From the NCBI GenBank assembly GCA_030390025.1, contig CM059431.1, positions 112,408,001 to 112,472,000 of the forward strand: a stretch of 64,000 nucleotides of DNA, given 5' to 3'. Source of the DNA: Squalus acanthias (lineage: Eukaryota). A program made the translations under genes and the position numbers. Positions within the stretch are counted from its first letter, which is position 1. Each line of letters begins with the position of its first letter. This document shows positions 48,564-62,455 of this stretch, piece by piece. The notes under the pieces were generated by a model. The model saw only the letters and a list, made by a program, of their open reading frames with translations. It was not told the DNA's origin and did no database searches.

Positions 48564-49637
48564 CTTCAGACCATTGAACAGACAGTCCTAAGGGACTCCA
48601 ATTTTTTTCTTACAGCTGGTGGGGGGAATATGATCCTGAATAGCCTTGTAATAAAAATATATATCTGCTTTGTCCAAGATCTATTGGTGGCCTGCAGTTG
48701 AGTCTGTCGTGCATGGTGATGTTGATAGGAGAAAGCATCTGTGTCTGATCATGGGTAACACAGGTATCCTTTTTCTGTGGTGAGATATTGCACAAGGAAT
48801 GTATCCATGGTTTCTGGTGATCTAAGGGTGCTCTAATGTTGGCTTTTGGGATTCGAATAATTTCTCTGAGTTTGGCAAATTATCTGAATTCCCTCTGAAG
48901 CGGAATTCAACATTGAATCCTAAAGAAAACTGAAAATAACATTTTCACTATTGGGGTAAAGTGCTGGGGGTGGGTGGGGGTTGGGGTGGTGAATCTAAGT
49001 GGAATAAAATAGAATGTTACTACCTCGGACGTCATATTATCACATAAGTTTTTGAAAAGGCTTTTGTTTTTCTTCTCTGCTATTTGAACTGAAATATATC
49101 CAGCTCTCCAGCTCCCTGAATGCGTAGAAGAGTGTCTGTTGTATCTGGTAATCATGGAAATCATCAAAGTAGCCACAGACTTTATCTCCCTATCTTCAGA
49201 AGTTCTGCCAGGATTGTGTTGTGCTTTGATCATGATTCTCAGAACAAAATCAGTCTCTGGGAAACCTGGCATAATTCTGTTGGATCTGATCTGTCATCCC
49301 ATGAGACTGTAAGATTGACATAAAAATAAAATATATGTTGCACAAAAATATTCACTCCAAGTACAAACTGTAAAGGAATTCCTTGTGTTCATGGTTTTGG
49401 TATCTCAGGGTGTAATCTGAATGTGTGCTACAGGGTTCTGTGAACTTGTCATAACTGAGGAATACAGATACTCTTGCCTTTGATATAACTGAGCTCAAAG
49501 ATTTAGCTGACTTCTACTTAATTTTGTATATTGAACAGCACACAAAGCCACTTCACAATACTGATTAAATATTAATGGGTTCATTTGAATGTGCTCTGTT
49601 CGTGTGCTGAAATGTCATTGAGCTATCTTGGTAAAGA

Positions 49638-50345
49638 TGTTGTTGTTTCGTATAACGGGAAAAGCTTATCATGGGATGCCTAGTTTCGCTATCCATTCCA
49701 TGGCCTCCTGAGATGCCGAGTGGAGAATTGAGGTGCCTCCCGCAACAGATCTCAGTGGGCAGGTTGATGTGATGTGTTCCATGGTCTGGGACTCACGGCC
49801 ACAGTCGCACTTCGGGTCGTCCCTCATCTTCCACTTGTGGAGCAGTTGGCCGCATCGCCCGAGCCCTGTGCGGATTGGATTGAGCCTGTCCACTGTCTTC
49901 AAGGGAGGTCGAAGTCAGGGTCCTCTGTTGTTGGATCAGAGATGAGGCATTGGGTCTTTATGTTGCATGCATCCCACGATTCCATCCATCTCGATAGTGG
50001 GTCGATACCAGCTGTGTGAATATTGGCTGCTGTTTCCCAGAATGGCCGGCGCGACTTTAAGCGCTTTCGTGGCAGGTTTTCAAGTCTTTGTGAATGGGAA
50101 GGTCGATGTTGCTCATGACTTTTTCCATCTCATGGAGCACGGTGGCGTTGCAGCAAGTGGCAGGCGGGGCAATGTGGGACAGCACTGGGAGCCACTCAGT
50201 TGGAGTGGACATGAGCGTCCCTGACACCGTCCTCATGGCAGCGTTTAGCTGCACATCCGCGATCTTCGTGTGGTGGCTGCAGGACCAGGAGGCAGAGCAG
50301 CATTCTGCAGCAGAGTAGACTAGGGCCACTGTTGCGGTGGAGTTG
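49638..50345 (-). mobile_element. Vingi/Ingi-clade LINE 3' fragment
   Basis: ALVYSAAECCSASW...LNAAMRTVSGTLMSTPTEWLPVLSHIAPP and C-terminal LNPIRTGLGRC...CDCG...QTMEHI...CP; (caa)n tail. Confidence 0.7.
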
Positions 50346-50620
50346 GTGATGATGACCTCACATAATGCACAAAATATGGAGGCCATTTATAGTTTAAGAT
50401 GCATTTTTTATATTTTTTACTTTGGACCATTTTGAACACCTAACCTATTAAAGTTAGTGTTAAGTAAGTGAACGTAATGCCAGGATTTGAGGTAAGACAA
50501 AATGTGTCATCTATCCATCTTTGTGGCACAGCAGAAATGAACAGAATTTAGAAACAGTAATGACTTTTAAGTCACTCCCTAAGATAGTACATATCCATTA
50601 AACTTAATTATACATAGGAG

Positions 50621-51702
50621 AGGGCAGGACTTTCCACTAGGTTATGCTGGTATTTCCAGTGCATTTTGCCCAAAATCGGCCAAACTAGCAGAAAAGATCG
50701 AGGAATTTCGAGTGCAAATTACGTCCAGTGTAAATCAAGCATCCGTGATCTTTGCGCTAGTTTAAAAAACATTGGCCCGTATTTTCCGATCCCTACGTGT
50801 GTGTACGGGCTGTGTATACACCCGTAGGGACATCGGAAATGCCAGTTTCAGGCATGCGAAGCGCATGCGCTGAAAACCGGCATTTCCGATCTGTCAAGAA
50901 TCCTCGACAGATCGGACGCCTGCCCGGGAGAAGGGCCTCTGCGGGGTGGAGAGTTCCGCTTTCTGCAGAACCTCCGCCCGCTGAAAACACTTAAAAATCT
51001 TACACCTGGTAAAAGCAGGCATAAGGCCTGCGTTTACCAGCATAAGAGTTGAAAAAAAGTTTTGAAAAAAAATTTCACTTATTTATAATTTTAAAATACT
51101 TTAAAAAAAAGTATGTTTATTTTTAGCTCCGTAAAAAACTTTAATTATTTATGAATCAGCATGGCGAGTTTCCGCTAATTGTGCCCATTTGCGGGCCTTC
51201 GAGGAGGCTCTAAAATTAAGCATTTTTTTGGGCACAAGGACACTAATAGGCACCTTTCAAAAGCTTTTAAACATTATTTTAATTTTTAATTTACTAAGAA
51301 ACTGAGTACTGTACATCAATGTAACTAGTAAATGGTTCTCTTTAGTTTTTAAAATGAATTTTCAGTTAGAAAAAATCGGGTTACTCACTAATCGGGTGGA
51401 CTAGACACTCTGATGAAAAACGCTTATTTTTTGTGATAAGCCCACTTTCAGCTGTATTAATAAAACTGCACCAAGTTACCACACTTAAATATATCAAGGA
51501 ATAATTTAATGCAAACTTTATTTATATTACATTATAAAACGCTGCCCAATTGCGCTGGTTCACGGCAGATTTTACGTTCAGCGACATGCAAATGAGTTTG
51601 AGCAGAAACTTACGCATAAAAAAATCTTCTGAAAACTAGCGCAATTCTGAGCGCAATTTATGGCCAGAGCGCCGATTGCGCCCAAAGGGGAAACTCTAGG
51701 CC
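50621..51702. mobile_element. Probable nested Harbinger-type MITEs
   Basis: GGGCAGGACTTTCC...GGAAACTCTAGGCC imperfect termini; inner segment from 50773 resembles 804-1435. Confidence 0.4.
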
Positions 51703-51929
51703 AGATATTTTTGCCTTTATACTTAAAAAGTTTGTATCTTCGTTGACTTGGTAGGATACATTGATTTCTTGGGGCCTTGTGTGGTGGTCTCAGTGAGTGC
51801 AAGGTGAAACCTTTGTGTCATAGGTTAATGTAAGATCACATGAGCAGTGAATCATTCTGCAATATGACAGGATTATTTTCTCCAATAAGATACCTTGTTG
51901 TCCAGTCATGGATACTGAAGTTCCCTCAT

Positions 51930-52300
51930 GCCTCAATGGCCAAATGCTTGTGTGACGCAATTACTGAGCCATATAGAACAGCAAGATTCCAGCTTTGATG
52001 TCTCGTCTGTGCTGAGGTACCCAGTCTCGGCCAGAATAATGTAGGGGCTCTGCAATTGGCTACTGGTCTAGGGAGGGAAAATATTGGTCCGGTTTTCTGC
52101 CCCTGATATCTGTTCAGTAAACGCTGCTGGAATAAGCACATGTGGATGGTGGGTGAGAACTGGATTGGGCTTAGCTGTAGTGTGCCCATAGTAGACACTG
52201 ACTATCAAGTCTCACATAAAGGATAGTCACTTGGACAGTGCACCAGAGGGCTACTGTCACTTGTGCTACCAGTCTGTGTCCTTGCCTTCAGGAGAGGTAG
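51930..52300 (+). mobile_element. Diverged SINE-like repeat (second family)
   Basis: Similar to 34040-34365. Confidence 0.5.
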
Positions 52301-52557
52301 GGAAGGAGTGAAAAAACAGAAACAAACGCAAAACTTATGAATCCAATAAAATTCTTGTGTGAAAACAAGCAGCAGCTGTAATGCTTACAGTGTACTTTGT
52401 TGTCATGATAACCATTTACAGATACTTGGAATGAACCTCATAGTTTGTCAATAGCCAAATGGTCCAGGTTTTCAGACTTTAGATATGGGTACAAATTTTG
52501 ATCTGGTCTGAAGTTATACAAATGCTTACCTCTTAAAAGATTTTTTGGTCTTAAATA

Positions 52558-52995
52558 AAGAAAGAAAGACTTGCATTTATATAGCGCCTTTCACGACCTC
52601 AGGACGTCTCAAAGCGCTTTACAGCCAATGAAGTACTTTTTGAAGTGGAGTCACTGTTGTAATGTGGCTAACGCGGCAGCCAATTTGCGCACAGCAAGCT
52701 CCCACAAACAGCAATGTGATAATGACCAGATAATCTGTTTTTGTGATGTTGGTTGAGGGATAAATATTGGCCAGGACACCGGGGATAACTCCCCCACTCT
52801 TCTTTGAAATAGTGCCATGGGATCTTTTACATCAAGCTGAGAGTGCAGACGGGACCTCGATTTAACGTCTCATCCGAAAGACAGCACCTCTGACAGTGCA
52901 GCACTCCCTCAGCACTGCACTGGAGTGTCAGCCTAGCTTTATGTGCTCAAGTCCCTGGAGTGGGACTTGAACCCACAACCTTCTGACTTAGAGGC
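52558..52995 (-). mobile_element. Deu-domain SINE
   Basis: Reverse complement of the 5480-5950 family. Confidence 0.85.
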
Positions 52996-55027
52996 CTCAG
53001 ACCTATTTAAAATATTTTAAATAGATTATTCACAAACACAGACCTTTACTCAGTGTTCGAAACGACGTACAGCTGTGTTCTGCAGCAATCCAGCTTCTAA
53101 TGTTGTATTTTATTCTGCATGCCTCCTGAACTTTGGATGGATTCCTAGCAAAATGGTCCCAGGTGTGAAAGATTATTTCCAGGCAGACATGGTATTTCAG
53201 CGAGTTATCTTTTGGTGGAAAATGTTCGTCTCTGCTTCCTTGCTCCATAGTCTGGAAGATCTTCACATTTTTAATAAAATCTCAAAATGGACAAGACACA
53301 TTTGTGAATTTGGGAAATGTTATGCAAATAAAAATCATTCTACTTCTTGAAGGAAGTGGTGACATTGGCCATACAATCACCTATTAAAGGAAGCTTTGTT
53401 GCATTTGATAAAACAGATGTCGAGCATTACTTTTTTCCATACTGTACTGATGGTTTTCACAGATTAAGGGTATTTATAACATGTAAATGAACCCTAAACC
53501 GTGGACTTTGTAAGTTTTGTGTTATGATGTAAACTTGAAGGCTATTGGCACATCTGTAACACATCTGCATTCCACACCACTTTTCACTGCTTAAAGTGAA
53601 GCTGTATAGTCTGGTGTGGCATTCCAGCCCTTAGAAAGTACAGCATTGATTTACATGCAAGCGTGGAATTTTGCAGTCCTCACACACAGTGAGGTACTTT
53701 GCATGGCACAACTGCATATCAGAAAATCGCAAGCAGTGGGCCCACGATTTTCCAATGTGTGCGAGCGCCATGCGAGATACCTCAATATGTGCGAGGCCTC
53801 AGAAAATCTATCCTATACATTTCACCTTTTAAAGCAAATAAAAAATCACTTTAAGTTGAGGCTGCGGCCTGTTTATGAGTTAATCATTTTTGTCGGGGGT
53901 GGGGTGGAACTCAAGGTTGGGTTGCAGTCTATATTCAGGAGCGCCCTCTATGCACATCAATATTGTACAGCTGACTCAGTTCCACCTCGATTCCTGATGT
54001 GCTGCTTCTCTCCCTGCCTGCCCGTCAAGTCTTGTCCTTCCTTCCCTGTACAAGTCCCCAATGTTGTGCCGCTGCAGTTATTTGTTTTTTTAACAGGGGG
54101 GAAAGTTGCCCCTTTTAGTAGGCAAAGCATTTACTGTAACACTATTCCGCCTCCGTTATTTGGCGCATGGGGATAGTTTAGAAGCTATTGCTGTGTTTTC
54201 CGCAGTCTCAATTCTGTCTGCAATTTGAAAGCCTCTTCTTCTGAGGAGAATTGTTTGACAGATCTGAGCAAGTATCTTGTCTGTACATGAAAAGTTGTTA
54301 CAGTTGGGGTAGCTGCCAAGACTGTCTGTAAAGGTTTTCCATGCATGGGTGTCAGACGTTACTAAAGTTACAATGTGTGAACTTTAGGATAGATTTTCTG
54401 CATCCTTTCATGTGGCCAGGTACCTCACACGCCATGTGTCTGATTTTCCTATTCCCGTTCTTGGCTCGCAAGGTACCTTACTACATGCAAGGACTTCGAA
54501 AAGTCTGCCATTTTATTTTGTCAAAGAAAAGTGAAGTAGAAAAAGTAATGCAGAAGAAGATTAGAGATTTGAAGTGGAAAAAGTAGACATCAATTAACCC
54601 AGGCCTGCTGTCCAAAGCTTCACCATATTTGATTTTGGATTGATCAAAAAATGACAATGTTGATGTATCCTTTTGTAACTATTTCCACTTTAATCATTGT
54701 TGCCTGTTACTTCTGCATTTCCTCCACTGAGCTCCCCTCTCTCTAAGAAAAAGTCAAAGGGAAGGGACATGAAGACTTGCAAGATAATTCACCAGTCCCC
54801 TTGTTCATTAATGGAGGGATATGTAATGATACAATCTGTGAGGCCATGATGTCATTGAACTATGATCAATAACTGAAGATTTCATAAAGTTCACCTGGAA
54901 CTTGTGCACTGTAGCAGTCGGACTGGCCACAAACGTTCCACACCCTTTAACCAATCACAGTAGCAGAAAGTTTACATCAGGCCATTCCTGATTGGGTGAC
55001 AAACTGAAAACAAACTGAGGTGATAAT

Positions 55028-55800
55028 GGCCCGGAATCTGCGGTCAGGACGACGGCAAACTGATAGCGTTCACCGCCATTCCGCCTTTGACACTGACCGC
55101 AACTTTGGGATTTGGCGCATGCACAGCCTAATGCGGAACTCCCAAAGTTGCGGTCTGTCAACGACAGCTCCGAAACTGACTGCGCTGCACCCCCCCGCTC
55201 CCACCCCACCACTCCACCAACCCCACCCACAGAGCCAGCAAACTCTGAAATCTCGTAAATCAGGGAAACTGATGATAAACTTCAACTCTTCCGAATCAAG
55301 TACGCTGTTAAATTCCCCACTAATAGTTAGACCCAAAGGGATTAGCTGTAACTGGGGTTTTAACAGGGGATTGACTGCTAAACAAATGTTAAGGGCCTGG
55401 AAAACTAATTTTAATTTTGTGCAGTGTGAAATGTATCCATTTTAATAAAAATTTAATTTTTAAGAAACTTTTTAAAAAATCGGCCATCTTCATTTTAGAT
55501 TTGGGTTTTCTCCATGTGAGAACCCCAAACTTTCTTCTGCTCTCTCTAACTATTTTAAAAATTTAGAATTTTAAGGGCTTACTCACTTCCTTGTTCGCTG
55601 TCTGTGAGAATTCTGCCTTTTGATTGGCTGCTTAGACAGCCTGTTGACGTCACAGCAGCTCGCACTAGGGGATCCCCATTAAGTTCCGTTGAATTGAATT
55701 GTAGGTCGGAAAACCTGACACAGGGATCGTGAGATCCTTGTGCGGAACGCACTTCGGGGCCAGCAGCCTTCGCTTCGCTGCTGACCGCAAATTCTGGGCC
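55028..55800. mobile_element. PIF/Harbinger-type MITE
   Basis: TIR GGCCCGGAATCTGCGGTCAG...CTGACCGCAAATTCTGGGCC, TSD AAT/AAT; same family as 2941-3684. Confidence 0.85.
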
Positions 55801-56460
55801 AATGATCCTTTATTATGAGTTCCATCTGATAATGATCTTTTATCTTGAGTTCCAGCCTACATAAACTACAAGTTGTCCAAAACTGTACCTCCCACATTTT
55901 GCTTACAAAAAAGAACCAGCTGTAATTATACCCAGAATGGAAGTAGGCTCAGTGCTGTGGAAAAGCAAAGGGATCTGGAGCTATAGGTTCACAGGACATC
56001 AAAGGCAGCAGCTCAGTTTGAGAAGGCTGTAAAATAAAAAGCTAATGGGATTCTAGACTTTATCGCTAGAGGTATAGAATTTAAAAGCCAAGAGATAATG
56101 ATGAGCCTATATAAAACCTTAATAAGACCTCAGTTAGAGTACTGTGTGATGTATTGGGCTCCACCCTATTGGAAGAATATTGAGGCTTTACAGAGGGTGC
56201 AATGCAGATTCACTAGGCTGCTAATGCCTGTTATGACGAAATACAAGTATGAAGACTTGAAAAACTGAGTCCTTTTTCGTTAGAACAATGCAGATTATGG
56301 AGAGATATGATAGGATTGTGTCAAATTCCGAAAGGGTGGGACAAGGTAAATCGAAGCAGACAGTTTGTAGAACTTGAGGGGTCAAGAACAAAGGACCATA
56401 GATGCAAGATAAATGTAAGATGTAAAACAGAAGGCCGGAGACACTTCCTTACACACACAG

Positions 56461-59107
56461 GCCGCGATTTTGCCAGCCAGCGCGTCCGGTGCGGCCGGAG
56501 CAGACAGCGGCCTCAAATTCTGCACCTGTCTTCATCCCGCCTCCTCCAAGTGATTTTGCCCTGTTGGGCTTGTTAAGCCCGCCCTGTGAGGTTCCCGGCC
56601 AATTAAAAGGAAGCGGGTCTGATGATGTCATCTGATGACGCGTCATCAGCTGGTTTCCTTAAAGGGGCCATGTCCACATTCATTTTGATAGTTGTGCTGT
56701 CAGTGTTCTACAGCATTGAGGTGCTGCAAACACTGACAAGCACTGCACAAAGGTGCACGGCTACACCCAGGCTCTCCCATGACTCCCTCCATATGCTTAT
56801 GGAAGGAGTCACAGCACGCAGGGAGGTTCTCTTCTCTTCCAATGGGAAGAAGAGACCTCCCCAGGAGACCAATGCAGCCTGGTTGCACATTGCACAGGAG
56901 GGCACAAGCAGGGATGTCGTCAGGAGGACCAGGCTGCAGTGGCGCAAACCTTTCAATGATCTCAGTAGATCATGAAATGTTACTGCCAAGCCACACTCAA
57001 CCTCATCCTACTGTGCCACTCAGCACATCCCCATCACTCTGCCTTCCCTACCATACTCCTGCACATCTTTACTCACACCAACTTACCTTGCACCTCCACC
57101 CATCCCTCTCTATCTACATTATCATTTCTCCATCTCACTAGCCACCTCTCACACTCACCCTCTTCTTACTGCAAGCATACCAACAACTCCTCAGATAATG
57201 AAGCAGTCCATGTCCACATGCAACAAGACCTGGACGATGTTCAGGCTTGGGCTAATAAGTGGCAGGTAACATTCGCGCCACACAAGTGCCAGGCAATGAC
57301 TATCTCCAACAAGCGAGAGTCCAACCACCACCCCTTGACATTCAACGGCATTACCATTGCCGAATCCCCCACCATCAACATCCTGGGGGTCATCATTGAC
57401 CAGAAACCTAACTGGGCCAGCCACATAAATACTGTGGCAACAAGAGCAGGTCAGAGGCTAGGTATTCTGCGGCGAGTGTCTCACCTCCTGACTCCCCAAA
57501 GCCTTTCCACCATCTACAAGGCAGAAGTAAGGAGTGTGATGGAATACTCTCCACTTGCTTGGATGAGTGCAGCTCCAACAACACTCAAGAAGCTCGACAC
57601 CATCCAGGACAAAGCAGCCCGCTTGATGGGCACCCCATCCACCACCTTAAACATTCACTCCCTCCACCACCGGCATACCGTGGCTGCAGTGTGTACTATC
57701 TACAAGATGCACTGCAGCAACTCGCCAAGGCTTCTTCGGCAGCACCTCCCAAACCCGCGACCTCTTCCACCTAGAAGGACAAGGGCAGCAGGCGCATGGG
57801 AACTCCACCACCTCCAAGTTCCCCTCCGAGTCACAAACCATCCTGACTTGGAAATATATCGCCGATCCTTCATCGTCGCTGGGTCAAAATCCTGGAACTC
57901 CCTACCTAACAGCACTGTGGGAGTACCTTCACCACACGGACTGCAGCGGTTCAAGAAGGCGGCTCACCACCACCTTCTCAAGGGCAATTAGGGATGGGCA
58001 ATAAATGCTGGCCTTGCCAGCGATGCCCACATCCCATAAACAAATAATTTTTTTTTAAAAGAACACACAAGGGTAGGCACTTGGGTGGTTTAGCCAATAT
58101 TCATGTGAAGCTTCTGGTAATGTGCTGTCAAACATTGAAATCTTTATTTTGAACACTTTGAATTCTTGGACAGATTTGTGTGCACCTTTGAAAGTGTCTT
58201 CATGAGTTGCAGTGAATGGTGCGACATAATGTCCTCCCGCAATGGTGATGAGTGTGAAAGGAATGGCTTGGGCATTGTTGGGTTGCTTTATGGTGCTGGT
58301 GTGGGGTGTTGCCAACCTGGTGCATCATGTGGCAGCCAGGGTGTTCGGTATTATGTGAAGCAAATCAGGACATGGTGAGGCCATTGCTGGCGTCCCGGGC
58401 AGCAATGTACACGGGTGATGTTGTCATGTGTCCTGTGCAGCATCAGTTAATTGCGGAGAAGGTTGGTGTGGATGTTGGTGCTGCTGGTGTGCTCGGTGAT
58501 GCTGGTGTTGGGGCTGATCGTGTTGGGATTGTGAGGACCAAGGTGAGATTTTTTCAAGTGCTGAAGGAATAGATGGCAGGTGAGGTTGAGATGACAGAAG
58601 TTATCTGCCACTGTTGAGACAGTTTGTTCCAAGGAGGTGACAGTGGATAGAGAGAATACTCCAAACACTTCAAAAGTGCATAAAGCTCAAAAGTGGGTTC
58701 CAAATCATTAATGCTGCAGCTTCTGAGAGTGGAAACTGACCAGCTGTAAAATGGTAGGTTTTAAACCACTTTTGCAGCTGTCACCTAGTGAAAGAAATGG
58801 AGAGTTATTCAGAACACGACATACTTACCTGGCCTGATCCCCGAGCGACGGGAACCTCATGGAAAACTTGGGAAAACGCTTTTACCTGGTAAAATGGTGA
58901 TTAAATTACTTTAAACACCCTCCTAACAAGCACAATTGAATGACCCGCCACTTAGTGCCGTGTCTGCAAAGCGCAGGCAGAGCCGGCACTTGGGAAACTG
59001 ACAAGGAGGCGGGTTTAGAGCGGGATACCGCCCCGCTGTCCATCATTTGGATTTTGACAGCGGACCCGCCTTCGAACCCGCCCTCTGAGCGCCGGCAAAA
59101 TTCAGCC
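56461..59107 (+). mobile_element. Non-autonomous Harbinger transposon with Myb/SANT-like ORF remnant
   Basis: Imperfect TIRs (..ATTTTGCC / GGCAAAAT..), TSD CAG; 56750-56970 encodes TPRLSHDSLHMLMEGVTARREVLF...AWLHIAQ...RRTRLQWRKPFNDL, typical of the Harbinger Myb-like protein. Confidence 0.7.
57180..58040 (+). mobile_element. 5'-truncated CR1/L2-group LINE inside the Harbinger element
   Basis: Open RT C-terminus MQQDLDDVQAWANKWQVTFAPHKC...HHHLLKGN; same family as 20270-21165. Confidence 0.88.
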
Positions 59108-59579
59108 CAGAGTTGCGAGGAGGTGGAATTCACTTCCAGGGTTAATGGCTGAGGAAGAAACAATGTCAAGATTAGACTGGATAGCTGGATGATGGAAAAG
59201 GGGTTGAAGGGATATGGAATCAGGATGGATAAATGTAACTAGCACTGTTTGCTTGTGTGGAAGGTAAGCACCGCCAAGGACTGTTTGAGCTGAATGGCCT
59301 GTTTCCGTGTTGTAACTTCTATCTACGTATCTCTATATATTTATCCGGCACTAAGCTCCACTCAACAATCATCCTTGACCTTGCCGACCTTCACTGGCTC
59401 CCCGTCCTCAATGCATCAATTTCAGCTCCATCCGAGTGTACTTCTTCCCCTTCCATCTTCTTCACGACCCACGGCAGGACCTTCAGCCACCATGACTCTA
59501 CGTTTAGGGAATCTCTTCCTAAACCTTTCTCCCAGCTACATCTCTCTGCTTCTTGGAAAAGCTGCTCAAAATCTACCTC

Positions 59580-61048
59580 TTAGAATCAGAGAATCAGAGA
59601 AATTTACCGCACAGAAGGAGGCCATTCGGCCTGTGCTGGCTCTTTAAAACAGCAGTAGTGCCTATTCCCTCATCCCCGCTTTTTGTCCGTAACCCTGTAA
59701 GATCCTGATCCTCAAGTGCCTGTCCAACTCCCTTTTAAAATTATCTATGGAATCAGCGTCTACCACCTTTTCCGGGAGATCGTTCCAGATCCCGACAACT
59801 CTCTGAGTGAAAACATTTCTCCTCATTTCCCCTCTAGATCTTTTGCAAATGATTTTGAATCCATGACTTCTAGTTATTGACTCACTCGCCAGAGGGAATA
59901 ATTTTTCTCTACTCTATCAAAACATCTCATCATTTTGAAAAGCTCTATTAGTTCACCTCTTAGCCTTCTCTGTTCCAACCTCTCCTCATAACTAAAGTCC
60001 CTCATCCCCGATAACATCCTGGTAAACCTCCTCTGTACCCTTTCTTAGACCTTTACATCTTTCCTGAAGTGTGGTGCCCAGAATTGTCCACAATACTCCA
60101 GCTGAGGCCTAACCAGTGATTTATGAAGATCTAGCATGATCTCTTTGCTTTTATATTCTATTCCTCTATTTATAAACCCCATGAGCTCTTTTTAACCACC
60201 TTATCAACTTGCCGTGCCACCTTTAAGGATTTGGGTATATGGACACCAAGGTCTCTCAGCTCTTTGACACTTTTCAAAATCGTGCCATTTATAGTATACT
60301 GTCTTTCTATATTAGTCCATTGAACTTCATCTGCCATGCTTCTGCCCATTTCACCATCTTGTCTATGTCATCCTGAAGCCTATAACTATCCTCATCACTA
60401 TCTACTCTTTGCTAAGTTTTGTATCATCTGTAAACTTTATAATGCTGCTTCCTACACCCAAGTCTAGGTCATTTATAAAAATTGAAAAGAGTAATGGACC
60501 AAAACTGACCCTTGGGGAACACCACTGCAAACCACCTCCCAGTCTGAAAAACATCCATCCACCACCACCCTCTGCTTCCTGTCGTTGAGCCAATTTTGCA
60601 CCCATACCACCACTTTCCCCTTAATTCCATGGGCTTCCATCTTCTTAATAAGCATCCTGTGTGGCACTTTGTCGAATGCCTTCCGAAAGTCCATATATAC
60701 AACATCTACTACACTACCTTGGTCAACCTTCTCTATTATCTCATCAAAGAATTCAATCAAGTTAGTCAGACATGATTTGCCATTAACAAATCCATACTGG
60801 CTCTCCTTGATTAACCCATGCCTTTCCAAATGAAAGTTTATTTTATCCCTGATAATGGTTTCCAATAACTTCCCCTCCACCAATGTTAGGATGACTGGTT
60901 GGTAGTTTCCTGGTTTATCTCTCTCCCCTTTCTTGAATAGTGGTATAACTTTAGCAACCCTCCAGTCCTCCGAAACTACTCCTGTATCCAATGAGGATTG
61001 AAAGATTGTGACCAATGCCTTTGCTATTTCTACCTTTGCTTCAATCAT
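59580..61048 (-). mobile_element. CR1 LINE, RT region to 3' end
   Basis: DWRVAKVIPLFKKG, SCLTNLIEFF, YMDFRKAFDKVPH, SGVPQGSV, IFINDL, KFTDDTKL; (ttctga)n tail. Confidence 0.9.
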
Positions 61049-62027
61049 TTCTCTTCCTCCTCCCCTTAACTCCTACTTGGTGTCAATTCTGTGCCCTACA
61101 CACACTTTTGTTTGTGAAGCCTTGGGACATTTAGCTACATTAAAGGTGCTATATTAGTTAAAGCTCCTGTGGCACCGGAAGAGTAGGGAGCTCTTTCAGT
61201 GTCCTGGCCAAGATTCCTCCCTCAACCAATATCACCCAAATTAACTAGCTGCTCATCTCATTGGTATTTGGGTCCTTGTTGGTGTAGGATGGCTACTGCT
61301 TTTGCCTATGTTAATGCACTCCAAAATTAATTTGTTTTATGAAATACTTTGAGATGTTTCAATAATTGGCACGGCACTATATAAAGGCAAATATTTATGT
61401 TCTTAAATCAACCTTTATAGAAAAGGAATGATATCATGTAATTCCTTCCCTTCCTCCTCACATGAATGAACTAACTGATAATGCCTGGACGCTAGTTTTC
61501 TCTGTTTGCTTGATTTGAAGTTAACCTAACGTTATCTGTCAACCAGCTCGTCACCTACACAATTTCAGCAATGTTGGGCTTACGTAAAGGATATTGGAGA
61601 TTGTGAATTAAAAGCACATAAGTTTAATTGCATTTTATGGAGTGATATGGCTTTGATGAATAGATACTATAAGTTATATAAATATTGTTTATACCCAGAG
61701 GCTACAATAAAAAAAGCTAGCAGAACATTTCCTTAGGTTTAGGAAAAGCACATTAAAGAGTAGTACCATCGTTCATGTCAACTTATATTTTGTTTGCTCA
61801 TTCTCTCCCTCACATTCATTTAACTATTGATTTGAGATTGTTCAGTGATAAATCTCATTCAGCAATACTTCCCAGAATAATTTACTTATTTATTATGTCT
61901 ACTGTTATATTAACTCCCTAATAATAATAATAAGAGTTTAACTTTGAAAATTTTCAATTGTAGAAGTAGTGAAATGGGATTAGAGTAGATGGTTCCAGCT
62001 CAATGGTATTGGCACAATGGTCCAAAT

Positions 62028-62455
62028 GAAAGAAAGAAAGACTTGCGTTTATATAGCACCTTTCACGACCACCGGACGTCTCAAAGCGCTTTACAGCCAA
62101 TGAAGTACTTTTTTGAAGTGTAGTCACTGTTGTAATGTGGAAAACACGGCAGGCAATTTGCGCACAGCAAGCTCTCACAAACGGCAATGTGATAATAACC
62201 AGATAATCTGTTTCTGTGATGTTGATTGAGGGATAAATATTGGCCAGGACACTGGGGATAACCTCTGCTCTTCTTCAAAATAGTGCCATGGGATCTTTTA
62301 CATCCACCTGAGAAACAGGGCCTTGACAGCACTACCTCAGCACCGCACTGGAGTGTCAGCCTAGATTTATGTGCACAAGTCCCTTGGAGTGGGACTTGAA
62401 CCCACAACCTTCTGACTCAGAAGCGAGTGTGCTGCCCACTGAGCCACAGCTGACA
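62028..62455 (-). mobile_element. Deu-domain SINE
   Basis: Reverse complement of the 5480-5950 family, including the tRNA-like head. Confidence 0.85.

Larger units (their letters stand above)
38528..48614 (+). mobile_element. Solo LTR of a third element (38528-39401 plus 48568-48614, ~920 bp), split by provirus B
   Basis: Begins TGTAAG, ends CTTACA, flanked by 4-bp TSD GCTG (38524-38527, 48615-48618); AATAAA at 39364-39369. Confidence 0.75.
55935..59325 (+). mobile_element. CR1 3' fragment split by a Harbinger element (55935-56460 and 59108-59325)
   Basis: RPQLEYC..W...RRHFLT|QRVARRWNSLPG reads through once 56461-59107 is removed. Confidence 0.7.

Noticed and set aside
49100..49323. Possible host exon (open in several frames)
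   Set aside because: No recognisable protein similarity or convincing acceptor/donor pair; cannot be supported without RNA data.
53616..54176. 186-aa ORF
   Set aside because: GTG start, no motifs, overlaps MITE-like sequence; likely spurious.
56972..57991. 339-aa ORF as a host or chimeric gene
   Set aside because: Chance in-frame fusion of low-complexity Harbinger sequence with a truncated LINE RT C-terminus.
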